A stretch of 64,000 nucleotides of DNA. Origin: Felis catus. Taxonomy: Eukaryota. The notes under the pieces are model-generated. The model saw only the letters and a list, made by a program, of their open reading frames with translations. It had not been told where the DNA came from and searched no databases. Shown piece after piece: positions 1 to 11,700 of the stretch. A program made the position numbers and the translations under genes. The stretch covers positions 35,094,001 through 35,158,000 of the forward strand of contig NC_058368.1 in NCBI RefSeq assembly GCF_018350175.1. Direction: 5' to 3'. Each line of letters starts with the position of its first letter. Position 1 is the stretch's first letter.

Positions 1-160
1 TGATTACCACAGTGGAGGTGGGTGGGGGCCTGGGTAAAATAGGTGAAGGGGATTAAGAGTATACACTTATCATGATGAGTACTGAGTAATGTATAGATAT
101 TGTATCACCATATCGTACCCTTGTAACTAATGTAACACTGCATGCTAACTATCCTGGAAA
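1..160 (+). mobile_element. L1 (carnivore-type) 3' end, truncated by window edge
   Basis: G-rich tract then GGGGATTAAGAGTATACACTTATCATGATGAGTACTGAGTAATGTATAG, typical carnivore L1 3'UTR. Confidence 0.85.
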
Positions 161-220
161 TACACACACACACACAATTTGTTTTCTTTTTTATTCATTT
201 TGTGTGTGTGTATGTGTGTG
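161..220. repeat. (CA)n and (TG)n microsatellites
   Basis: Read directly. Confidence 0.9.
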
Positions 221-1329
221 GCATAAAACTCTTCCACCACTAATCGAATTCCATTTTACATTTTGTTTCCTGTTTCCATAGATGACAAAATGACAAAGAG
301 TTATGCACACAGATGTCTGGATTAGACTAACACAGATAGAATGATTTGGGAATACCAGTGAGGCCCTAACACTCCCTAAAATCTTCTAACAGATTTGCAT
401 AACATGACTGTTGGACCTTATTCTGCCACTGATTCCTTCTTTTTAGCTTTCTGGTATATGAGGTCCATAGAGTAGAATCTCTAAAATCTTAGAAATGATA
501 AATGGAAATCTTTGGAGACTTGATCCTCAAAATAAACATATAATCATGCATGTACATAAATACCTTCAAAAGAGTTGATCCCAGGACAGCAAAATTTTAC
601 TATAACATAATTAAATGTACTAATATAGTTCAAGAAAGTCTATATCCCACCATGGGGGATGAGGGTAGGGTGGGACTGGTCTATAAAAGAAGTAAAGAAA
701 AAGAAGATTCTAAAAGAGAAATATAGTCTGTGATTCCGTGAAGCTAATGTCCAGCAGAGAGAGATTCTTTTTCAGTAGACTTTAAACATCTCTGGTCCTA
801 CTGGCAAAATCATCCTGATTTGAGTATTCAAGTTATTTTAGTCCTACTAGCAAATATTTCATTAACCCAACTTCCCTTTCTTCAACTCCTCAATCACAAT
901 AAAATTTTCTAAATAATTTTTAGTATTGTATTACAATTGCTTGCTTACAGGGACAAAATATGCTAATCATTCCAACATATATGTTCCTGTTCCTGGAAAG
1001 TAATTTCTAATTGTAAGCTAAAATTCTTGTATTGGGCTAGAGCAAATATCATGTCCTCACCAAATCATTTTACTGAAGAGATTGTTACACTAGGAAATGT
1101 AGGGGCTGTGGGGCTAAATAAAGTGAAATGTTTGTTGATCACAGCATTGCAAGTGTTCTTGTGATTTGTTTTCTATGTGATTTGTTCATATCTATGGGAT
1201 ATGAGAGGAAGTGATGTGTGACCAATAATCCTGGGTCAATAAAATAGTTGTTCATTCTCCACATTCTCTTTTCTCCTTCTCCAGCAACCTGGGAACCATG
1301 TGTTCTTCGTGGTGTAACTGAAAATTTGA

Positions 1330-1730
1330 AGAGGTAGGCAAAGTTCAAGTTACGGAGGGCCTCAAATTCCTCACTAAGGAAACTTGTTAAAGAACTACTG
1401 GAAGATACTTGTTAAAGAACTACTGGAAGATACAAGCACAGTGTAAAAGTCTTAGAGAATCACTTCAGCCCAGTGCACTAGTTACAGTCTGAAAAGTGGA
1501 TTTCAGGAAGAACGGATGAAGCGGGAGAAGGGGCATTACAGGAACACAAGTAAGAAATGAGAACCTAAAGAAAAAGACTGGAACTCGTGACGGAGATATC
1601 TGGATGAAATTTAGAGCTATCAAGAAAGTACAAGTGACCAGTAGAGTCAAGGATAATGCTATTTTTTGGACTTCTGCACCTGAGAGTATAGTTGAATGCA
1701 TTATTACCTAAAATGTACGACAGAAGAAAG
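1330..1730 (-). mobile_element. Old L2 remnant
   Basis: Purine-rich degenerate L2-antisense-like sequence; highly diverged. Confidence 0.4.
1382..1433. repeat. Perfect 25-bp tandem duplication
   Basis: ACTTGTTAAAGAACTACTGGAAGAT twice (1382-1406, 1407-1431). Confidence 0.95.
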
Positions 1731-2091
1731 TAAAGATCCTGTCTCAGTTTCTTTCAGAAATTTCAGCTTATGTCTTTATTTTCATCCTTGCATTTGTATA
1801 GTTCATTAGAATTTTCAAACTATTCTCAAAGTCAGTATCTAAGCCAGCAATTGAACTAAGAGTTTGTTTTTGCTCCAATCTTTGTTTTCTTTTTATAAAA
1901 ATCTAACTCTTTATTCTATTTGATGGGAACATCTCATACACATTTTATGTAAACTGCATTTAATATATTATATTTTAAATTCTCAGAGGTTGTGAACTAT
2001 ATCTGTTTGTTTTCCACCCTTTTGCTCAATTACATCCATCAGTTCATGTAAAACCCAGATAAAAGTCACATGCATTTGAGCATTTTTTAAA

Positions 2092-2836
2092 GACTTTTAT
2101 TTTTTTTCTTCCAAGCTTTTATTTAAATTCAAGCTAGTTAACATATAGTGTAGTATTGGTTTCAGGAGTAGAATTTAGTGATTTACCACTTACATACAAT
2201 ACCCCTCATCACAAGTGCCCTCCTTAGAAGCCCATCACACATCTAGCCCATCCTCCAACCCATCTCCCTCCACCAACCCTCAGTTTGTTCTCTATAGTTA
2301 AGAGTCTCTTATGGGTTGCCTCCCTCTCTGTTTTTATTTTATTTTTCCTTCCCTTCCCCTGTGTTCATCTGTTTTGATTCTTAAATTCCATCTATGAGTG
2401 AAATCATATGGTGTTTTTCTTTCTCTGACTGACTTACTTCATTTGGCATTAGATTACACTCTAGTTTCATCCATATCATTGCACATGGCAAGATTTCATT
2501 CTTTTTGATGGCTAATATTCCATTGTGTGTATTTGTGTGTGTGTGTATGTATGTGCACACACAAACATACATACATACCACCTCTGCTTTATCTATTCAT
2601 CAGTCAATGGACATTTGGGCTCTTTCTATAATTTGGCAATTGTTGATAGTGCTGATATAAACATTGGGGTGCATGTACCCCTTTGAATCACCTCTTACAT
2701 TGTTAGTGGGAATGCAAACTGGCACAATCACTCTGGAAAATAGTATGGAGGTTCCCCAAAAAGTTAAAAACAGAACTACCCTATGACCCAGCAATTGCAT
2801 TACTAGGTATTTATCCAAAGAATACAAAAATACTGA
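2092..2836 (-). mobile_element. 5'-truncated, 5'-inverted L1 (carnivore)
   Basis: 2092-2690 is an antisense L1 3' end with poly-T; 2691-2836 is sense-oriented L1 ORF2-end sequence (GGAATGCAAACTGG...CCCAGCAATTGCATTACTAGGTATTTATCC); degenerate TSD TGAGCATTTTTTAAA/TGAGCCTTTTTAAA. Confidence 0.88.
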
Positions 2837-3059
2837 GCCTTTTTAAACATTACCTTCAATTTTTATTGAAGCCTCCAGAATTCGTAAAGATATGTAAACT
2901 GGTAAAACTATTTTGTGAACAAAAAATTTTGGCTCTCAATCAAGTTTTCTTGGTTAACATAATCTTAGGTTCAAAAACTTCATTTATAGTGATAACTGTG
3001 TTGTGCAGTATTACCTTCAGTTATTGTGCCTCTACTTCTCATCTGGTCTACTGTAACTT

Positions 3060-3340
3060 TGAAATTAGACTTCATCCTGCACTTTCACTCCTCAGGCATG
3101 TTTCCTTGACTTTCCAGATCAGATCAACCTTTCTCTTGTACATGACAGCCAAGATCCAGTTACCATAACTTTGTGGCCATTATTAGAGTTGGGAATTCCC
3201 ATTTTCTTTAACGACTTTAATCACTCTTTGTTTCTCTTACTGACCATACATGCCTTTATTTCTTCTTCTTCTAGTATCTCTTGGTGTTTACCAAAATTAC
3301 TGAGCACTTAAATTAAAGTGCATTAATGAATAAATACATG
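3060..3340 (+). mobile_element. L2 3' remnant
   Basis: Degenerate L2 3' end terminating in AATGAATAAAT. Confidence 0.45.
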
Positions 3341-3347
3341 AAACATG

Positions 3348-3511
3348 TTTTTTAACGTTTATTTTATTGTGAGATAAACAAAGACGTAGGATCCAGAGCT
3401 GGCTCTGCACCCACAGCAGAGGGCTGGATGTGGGGCTCGAATTAGTGAACCAGGAGATGGTGACCTGAGCTGAAGTCAGAAGTTCAACCGACTAAGCCAC
3501 CCAGGTGCCCC
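3348..3511 (-). mobile_element. CAN-SINE (older; CT-rich segment largely deleted)
   Basis: Reverse complement of GGGGCACCTGGGTGGCTTAGTCGG...TCAGGTCA head; T-rich tail at left. Confidence 0.9.
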
Positions 3512-4324
3512 CTTTTTTTGTATTTTTAATCATCATTCTATTTTATCTGAACTTTATCCTCTTGTTTCTTCTTTTGGTTTTCATTGATATGTATGTTTTT
3601 GTTTTTGTTTTGTTTTTGCCATTCTGCTTTCAGATGTTTTTACTGGACAACAACATACACTAAAAATGCTAAGTGTTAAAGAGTATATGGAAAGTCTATC
3701 AAAAAAAAAAGAAAAGAAAAACCCTACAACATTTTAAGCTCTTTACTCCTATTAACCTCAAGGAATCATTTAATTTCATAAAACAGGTGACATAATGGCC
3801 TCTAGAGCTCCATGCTCAGCAAGATACAGCAAAATGACTTAGCCATATTTTTATTCTCTTCTTCTCTTCAGGAACCTCGAAGACAAGAGGTCAATTTAGC
3901 CCCATTTTATTCTTAAAAAAAAAATTTAGTGCTCTTGACAGGTGTCAGATTGCAAGTCCTTAGAGACAAATGTTTCCTGTTTGCCATCAGAGCATTTATA
4001 GCACAGACAGAGCTATGTGGTTTTGCTTCCTCTTGCCTTGTCCCTTACCTTATCCACAGACCACAATCCAGACCCTCAGAGAGCAACTCCAAATGCAGCA
4101 GAGTAATTCAGTCTCTGGCTATTAAATCATTGAATCTTGAGCACATGTTTCCTACAGGAATGGCAGTAAACACACTTGTGATGATGTTTCTTGTGTGATG
4201 CTATAATTTATTCCCTATAAAGTAGATAGAAATATTCAACACACTATACAAGAGTTACCAAATAAGCATGCAATCAAAACATCTTCAACCTTCTTTTGTT
4301 GTCATCAATGTCATAACAGGTGCT

Positions 4325-5874
4325 TTTAAAATTATATTAAATTTGTTGTAATGGCTTCAAACTCTACTGTCAGAAGTTTGGTAATTTTTCCCACTTTCCA
4401 ATTTTAAGGATGAGTAACTTAAAACTTCAACAAACATCAAATATAATGATTTACAAAATATTTATTTCTTCCTGAAACATTTCCCATACATTGATATTAT
4501 TAACAAGTCTTCAGAATTTTCTGGGGAAGTTCCAAGAGCTTTTTTGTCAAATGTCACTAAAAATTCTAAAATGTGTTACACTTAGTCTCGTATCACATAT
4601 AACAAACATCCTAGGAAGATGGACATAATCTAGTTGGGCATAATGTCCACACAGAGGAGACTGCCTACATTATTATGACAGGATCATCAGATTTAAAGGG
4701 TTGAGGCCATCTTTTTATCAGAAGAGGGAGCAATCTTTCACTTTAAATCCAGAAAACGTTCCAAAAATGAGAGAGAGGTGACAATCCAGCATGGGCACAT
4801 AGTCAGTAAAAGTCTGACTTGGGTGGTTGAAGATGGTGACTGTGGGTCATTACTCTACCACCAGCCACATAGCTATAACAGACATCTTTCAGTGACAATT
4901 CATCACATGGCCTTCTACCGTATTATCATGCAGACTGTCATTTTGAGAATCAAATCCATGTCGACAGAACTTTCTTCAGTTTTAACACTGAAAAGAACAA
5001 GATGTTCCACCATTCCTAGTCCTAAGAGGTAAGTCTTTATCGGACTCCCATTACAGTACCAACACTACCAATTTCACAGTCATCCTGGAAAGGAAGGTCA
5101 GGAGCTTTTAAACTGGATGAGTTGGTGGCAGGATAAAATCCAGTGCCCAAAGAAATATGATTCCAAAAACACTGTGGATGTTTTTATATCCCTGTTCCAG
5201 GAATTTTGGAGCTTGGATCCCAGCATCTTGATACCATTCCAATCAAAAACTGGCACATTCTCTGAGTTTCAGTGGCAGACCATTTCCTCAATGTAGTTAT
5301 TGACATCTTTATTCATTTCCTCATATCTTTTCTGGGCATATGGAGAAAGTCAGTGCAATATATTAAAAAACAATGAAATCAAAAAACAAACAAGCATTAA
5401 CAATGTTTATAAAAACGAAGGTCATTTTTACAGACACGGTTCTGGCCACATTTTTAGATATAAGTTTCATATTCACCATCAACCTCAGCAATAATCAGGA
5501 TAGATCACTAAGTTATGCTTGCAATCATGTTTCTAACAAAGATATTAGGTCCTATGACCTCAGTGATGGCCTTACAGAAAGTGCTCATCTCATATTTCTC
5601 CAGTAGGATACTATGTTTATCTTCACCAAAACCCACATATATTCAAAGTATTTCTTCCTCATCTCAGAGCCTCCCTCAAGCTCCTTTTTTGTCCTGTTAT
5701 TAATTCTATCATTCTTCCAGATCAAGTGGTCACTAGTGTTGAATATGTTAGAACACATGCATCCATGTGTTCTATGTATCGGTGTTTTTATCTTTTTCTT
5801 TCCCATCTTGATATGGACTTAATGATGATTTCCATAGTACCTGGATTGTGGTTGAAGATACTGTATCGTGAAAG
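4325..5874 (-). pseudogene. EEF1A1: Ancient processed pseudogene (retrocopy) of translation elongation factor 1-alpha 1, with 5'UTR, disrupted CDS (ATG at 5806) and 3'UTR remnant
   Basis: Minus-strand translation across shifting frames gives collinear matches to eEF1A: MGKKK (MGKEK); TSDHLIWK...EMRKKYFEYMWVL (TTGHLIYK...EMGKGSFKYAWVL); FVRNMI (FIKNMI); GEYETYI*KCGQ (GEFEAGISKNGQ); YAQKRYEEMNKDVNNYI at 5340 (YSQKRYEEIVKEVSTYI); WNGIKML (WNGDNML); ALDFILPPTHP (ALDCILPPTRP); LPFQDDCEIGSVGTV (LPLQDVYKIGGIGTV); VTIFNHPSQ...YVPMLDCH at 4840 (VIILNHPGQ...YAPVLDCH). There are no introns and many stops and frameshifts. 4325-4510 resembles the EEF1A1 3'UTR (GACTTGTTAATAATATCAATG, AGTTTTAAGTTA). Confidence 0.93.
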
Positions 5875-6139
5875 TTTTGTTTATACTGGATGTTAGAGAA
5901 CATAATCTGTAAACTGTTGTTCTGTTGAAAATTTTCCATTATTACTTATTAAAATTACTCTCATAATCAGCCTCTCTATAATATCTAAAGTACATCAGGA
6001 AATTAAAAGTCTAAAAATAACCTCCATAGCATGTTTTAATTATGAGTGATTGATTAACAAAATGTTCTCCCCAGACCCCTAAGTATGATCCTCTGGAATC
6101 AACCTGGAATAATCTTAAATCATGTGAACACAGAAAGAA

Positions 6140-6242
6140 GTGAATGTTTATTGAGTATTATCCTATGCTGCAGTCATGACACCATTTGCTAGAGAGAGAG
6201 AGATGAGTAAGACATTGTCCCAGAACTCACAGTCCAGTGAGG
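6140..6242 (-). mobile_element. L2 3' remnant
   Basis: ATGTTTATTGAGTA...GATGAGTAAGACATTGTCCC...CTCACAGTCCAGTG matches L2 antisense 3' end. Confidence 0.55.
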
Positions 6243-7127
6243 CACATTCATTTTCTCCCTTCATTCATGAAGTGGCCTATCTTCCTCTTCCTTACAGTGG
6301 ATGCTGATACAACTTGTACAAGGGAATTGATGAAAACACAAGCAAAAGAGATAAATGGCAAAACCATCTGAAGTATTCTTTCTTGGGCTGGCTCTTCTCC
6401 AAATGACAACTGATAATTAGGTAAGTAAATGAGACCTTACTGAAACAACGGACTTTCTCTGATTAAAAAACCATGCAGCATAATGACATATTGCAGAGGG
6501 AACAACCTTTTGCTTCATGCTCACTACTCTCTTGTTGACTTATCATTCAGTATTGGGTAGAGAAGCAGCTAAATGTACAAAGTTTAGGGTCAAGAGAAAA
6601 TTTCCCAAAGCTTTATGGGTAATTAGGTTGGGTTATATTAGGCAAGGGAGTATTCATTAGTTACAATGCAAACACTATGTGGTTACTAGACATTCACATC
6701 CCGGCATGGTTCCTAGTTCAGCCCATAATTACCTATTCACCAGATGATCAGTTTTGCAGCCCAGTGAAGAAGGAATCCTCTGGAAACACTGTTGTGTCAC
6801 CCTGGAAACATGGTGACTAACAGAGCAAGTGAGCTAAGCAAAACTTCATTATTTCTGAAGAGGAAAAAGCATTTCTTTGGAATTTTCTTACCACCAGAGA
6901 GAGCCTTATGAATTATTTAAGTGGTCTCCTACATGTGATTTGAGGAGTTGGTAAGAGGCTCTAAGGTATCAACTGGTGATGGCTCCACTATAGATTACCT
7001 CTATAGATTCAGTTCTCCAAATATTGGTCAACTTTCAAATCAAGAATCACAAGGTAAAACCCCAATTCTGCCAGGAGGCTAGTATTTTAAATCAGAGTCA
7101 ACTAATAATTTAGGCCACCATTTAAGA

Positions 7128-7246
7128 AAGGTGACCACATGATTCAGTTTATCCAAGACAATCTTGCTTGGTTTATACTCCTTGTCATAGCATAATCATT
7201 CACTATCAGTCTGGGTTAGATGATAATAAATTTTATGATAATTCTA
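7128..7246. mobile_element. MER94-like hAT MITE
   Basis: AGGTGACCACATG start, GACAATC...GGTTTATAC core, GATAATAAATTTTATGATAATTCT end resemble recalled MER94 consensus. Confidence 0.55.
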
Positions 7247-7751
7247 AGGCCCAGTCAAGCTGTGTGGTTTCACATAACAGAAACCACGCTGGCTAATTTA
7301 AGTTTTGGGGGAATAAAAAGATCTGATTGGTTGAACTAAGACTGTATATTCAAACTGCAGTTGCCAGAGAGGAAAGAACACTAAAACGTAGACTTTAGAC
7401 AGAGTGCTGCCTCTGAACAAGAGGCTGTGGGCAAATTAACAAAACCAGAAAAAGAGTACAGGGGTTGAAAAAAAATAATAATAATCTCTTTTCCTTCTGG
7501 CTAATTTCTAATGTGTTGAATTATAATTTGAGGTGACAATACATATCTCATAAGGACATAAGGAGACATTAGTTAAATGGGAGAAAGAACCCCAAACCAA
7601 TTAATTTCTCCTTCATAGTGTTACCCAGAAACACTTCTTTGCACGTCTGATCAGGACACTAAATTCTATAAATGGTTAGATGCCCTAAATTTGTTGATAG
7701 ATCTATAAAGCAATACAATAATATAATAGTAAAATTGAAAATATTTATGGA

Positions 7752-7982
7752 GGGGCGCCTGGGTGGCGCAGTCAGTTAAGCGTCCGACTTCAGCCATGTC
7801 ACGATCTCGCGGTCCGTGGGTTCGAGCCCCACTTCGGGCTTTGAGCTGATGGCTCAGAGCCTGGAGCCTGTTTCCTATTCTGTGTCTCCCTCTCTCTCTT
7901 CCCCTCCCCCGTTCATGCTCTGTCTCTCTCTGTCCCAAAAATAAATAAAAAACGTTGAAAAAAAATTAAAAAAAAAAAAAAA
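7752..7982 (+). mobile_element. Young felid CAN-SINE (SINEC_Fc-like)
   Basis: tRNA-derived head with A/B boxes, CT tract, A tail; perfect TSD GAAAATATTTATGGA (7737-7751, 7983-7997). Confidence 0.97.
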
Positions 7983-8344
7983 GAAAATATTTATGGAAAG
8001 TGTTAGTAATTTCGCCATTAAAAACTCACTTCCTTATAAGAATCCCTAATGTTATTACTAGTACACTGGTTAATTAGGCATACGTGGCAACCTATGTGTA
8101 AAATGGGAAGAATGCTATGGTTTGAGATTTTTAGCGATACTTGCAAAAAAAAAAAGTTTATGCAGGAGTATAAGCTGCTGTTTAATTTTTAAATGCAAAA
8201 TGTTGTTTTCATAAATTAACGGACTCTTTATAGAAGATAATAGAAATAGTTCATTTCTTATAAAAATATAGAAAAGGGGTCAGAGACCACCAATGATACT
8301 TTGGAAAACAAGGAAAAAAGCTCAATTCATAGATGGCAAAGTAT

Positions 8345-8490
8345 AGATGGGTGATGGGCATTGAGGAGGGCACTTGTTGGGATGAGCACTGGGTGTTGTA
8401 TGTAAGCGATGAACCACGGGAATCTACCCCAAAAACCAAGAGCACACTTTATACACTGTATGTTAGACAATTTGACAATAAATTATATAT
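8345..8490 (+). mobile_element. Short felid L1 3' end
   Basis: GGGCATTGAGGAGGGCACTTGTTGGGATGAGCACTGGGTGTTGTATG...GACAATAAATTATAT. Confidence 0.9.
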
Positions 8491-8700
8491 TTTTTTAAAA
8501 AGTTTATTTATTTATTGTAAGAGAAAGACAACACAAGCAGGGGAGGGGTGGAGGGAGAGGGAGAGAGACAGTATCTCAAGCAGGCTCCATGCTATCAGCG
8601 CAGAGCCCGATGCCAGGCTCAGTCTCACCAACCGTGAGATCATGACCTGAGCTGAAATCAAGAATGGATGCTTGGCTGACTGAGCCACACAGATGCCCCC
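8491..8700 (-). mobile_element. CAN-SINE (older), tail-to-tail with the L1 fragment
   Basis: GAGATCATGACCTGAGCTGAAATCAAGA...CTGAGCCACACAGATGCCCCC. Confidence 0.93.
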
Positions 8701-11700
8701 TTGTAAAATGGTCTTGGGGATTAAATGAACTTCTGCATTTAAAGAAAGGCTTTTATCATGTGGCAAACTCTCAGTAAAGGTCACTATTCCTACAAAAAAA
8801 AAGTTACAGAAAAGAAAAACCTTGCCCTATTCCAAATGTGTTGCTAGAAATATAACCATTATCTTCTACTTAAGCCCATAATAATCATTTTCCTTATAAT
8901 AAAATTGTTTAAAATGCTGATATACAATATTAAAATACCTATCATGTGACACTCAAGAAAGGAGCTTTGATTTTTGTTTTGATAAAAAAAACACATCTCT
9001 CTCCAAATAATAATGAAACAAGGGTTCAATAAATGCACCTTCATGTATTCATTCCTAGTAATTGTAATAGTGATTTGGGAATTGACCATCTTTTATTCTT
9101 TTAATTCTTTATGTAACCATAGCCTAGAAACTGACATTCTGTTTACCTTAACATCTAGGTAGGCAGTATGACTGCAATATATTTTTTACTAATATTAAAT
9201 CCTGTTCTACCATTACATATGGCTTAACTTTAATTTTGAAGCCTGAAAACAAAAATAAAAGTGCCATACATGAACTTATACCTAGCTCCACATACTGTTT
9301 AAGACAAAACACATCTTTCATAAAAGCATTTTCCTCTGGCAGGCCCATTACAACTATGCTTAAAGATTCTATGTCTTCTCTAAATGTTCTTTTCTTTACC
9401 TCTATATTTCTTGATTGATGATGAAAACGAACTTCAGAGACATGTTAAGAATGATCCCCGTATAGATTTTGCACTGTACAATAAATGCCTAATCACAGTG
9501 GGACTATTTGTAAGTGATCCATCCTAATAGAAGGAAAACATAACAGAGTCTATCTATCCTGCCGTTAAAAGTCCTTCAGAACATGAGTGATTGCTAATTG
9601 TATGCTTAAAAAAAAAGTTCTGACAGTACAATAGACTCCATTCAAACTAGGAAATGATGAGGTCCGTGCCAATAAAATACACACACTCCACAGTTTATTA
9701 AACCCTTCACATGACCAAAAAAATGCAAATCAATGCAATATTAAATAGACAAACTTAAAAATGTGGGATTATTACACTGTACTCCACAGGTTATATATTA
9801 TTATACTACAAAAGATATAATTTTACCTAGTATTTAAATCAAATAATCTTAGATTTTTAATTAAAAGTACAGAGTTTCACTTAAATATGAAATTAATAAC
9901 CAAAGGCACACTATTTACTGCTATGGGTTACCACTGGATCACTGATCAACTACAAGTCAGACTAAGAACAAATGTTCCCTAAATGCTTGAAGAAAATAAC
10001 TTATGGCAAATTCTTTATATACTCAAAGTATCTACAACTTCAAAGCACACAAATCTAAATGAGTATCATGATGAATATGGAGACAAACAGCATAATTCAT
10101 ATGTATTCTATATGCATTAAATGCCTTGCTAATATTCTTTTTATCTTCATGAATAGAAGTACTTCAAATTTTCACAGAATTTTACCACCTTTTTTCAAGG
10201 AAGAAGCTAAAAGATGAAATCACACACTTCTTAGGATGATAAAACAGAAATATTAAGCAATATTTAGTACCCACTGCATATATCATCAGTAATGTTCTTA
10301 AAAATCAAAGTCAGAATTTAGAAGTTCTATATTTCATATTCCGCCACAGATCACTAGGACATCTATTCAGTGCATAATATGATGACCACATTGTCTAATT
10401 ATACCCTGTAAGGCTGATTATTTGGTGAATAACCAGGAACTCAAATAGAAAATATCCAATAGTGAATCCAAACAAAAACTTCCACCAATGCCTTTTATAT
10501 CAAAATATGCCATTCTAGAGCCTAATATCTATTTCAGGGCTTTCTTCACTATGAACTTCCAAATAGGTTAATAGCTGGTTTTATTAAGTAATGCCTTATC
10601 CTTTTCATTTACTTCTTGGCCAATGCATATCTGAGATCCTAAATCCCATAAATACACAAGTATGATTCTCAAGGAGGATAAAATATAGTCAGAATTCACT
10701 CCAAAGATACCACTAATAAATAAGAGGTAACTAATAGATCCACACTGTGCATAGCTCAGGGACTTAGGTAATAAATACTTTTATGAATTGTATTGTGTGA
10801 ATAAAAATTGATGCATGGGTAATAATTCATCTATGCATATATATTTTAATAGATTTTATTGAATTTCACAAATAATATATGAATTAAGTTTTAAGGAAAA
10901 CATTTATGACAAAAGTACTATTCTATACTTGTAAAGTCTAATAATGTACTAGATCTACAAATAACTTTCTCTAGTAGATATAGCATCAGGATATATTTTT
11001 TAAAAAAGATAAAATCCTATTTGCTCTCCTTTTTTGTTTGTTTTTTTTAAAAATTCTGTTTTCTGCAAAAATGGACCCCTCCCAAATGTACTCTACTTCT
11101 AATATAGCCAAGACTTCCCTCTTGTGGCTGGTTGATGTCAATATATACTCCTTCATCTTTTAAGTGACCAATTTCTTAGTGTTTCAGCAAAGAAACTGAA
11201 AAGAACAAAATTACATAGTTTAAGATACATGAAATCAGAGATGAATAAAATCTAATTTGAGCAAGCTTATCAGATTCTCTGAAATATTTTATAATTTAAA
11301 ATAAGCCAATTAAATTCCCACTTTTCCTTCTAACACTTGGTTTAAAACCTTTGCATTTCTAAGTACTGATATCCTTCTTCTGTTCCTGCTTACATTCCTA
11401 GGGATATTACTTTATCAAAAAGCACTTTGCTGTTTTCTGAAATAAATATTTCCTATGTTGTTTAGATTATTTTTTTAGTCCTACGTTAAGTGGGGGAAAA
11501 AATGTAGTTTTAATTAACATTACTGTTTTGAAAATACACAAAAAGCTAATTTTCCTGAAATTTAGGATTTATTGGGTAGGAATAAGAAAGGAGGAGAATA
11601 ACTGTAACCTTTAATTCACTGTCATTTGTGAGTCAGGATAATAACTAAATTTGTAAACAACAAATTAAAGTGGTAAAATTTAGAAAAGCTAATGGTAACA

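Noticed and set aside
1285..1333. Plus-strand 49-nt exon candidate (similar cases at 282-357, 24073-24111, 58195-58257)
   Set aside because: Weak donors, stop codons or proximity to repeat relics; expected background frequency in AT-rich DNA.
4700..5340. Endogenous RNA-virus polymerase or transposase fossil (a GG...H-like motif in YVAGGRVMTHSH)
   Set aside because: All recoverable peptide blocks map in order onto eEF1A instead.
5585..5806. 73-aa ORF MGKKKIK... as a functional gene
   Set aside because: It is the decayed N-terminus of the EEF1A1 retrocopy; the P-loop (GHVDSGKS) is destroyed and the frame ends early.
9148..9242. Minus-strand exon with a strong acceptor (FKIKVKPYVMVEQDL...)
   Set aside because: The only open frame ends in a stop at the donor, the peptide is unrecognised, and there is no other support.
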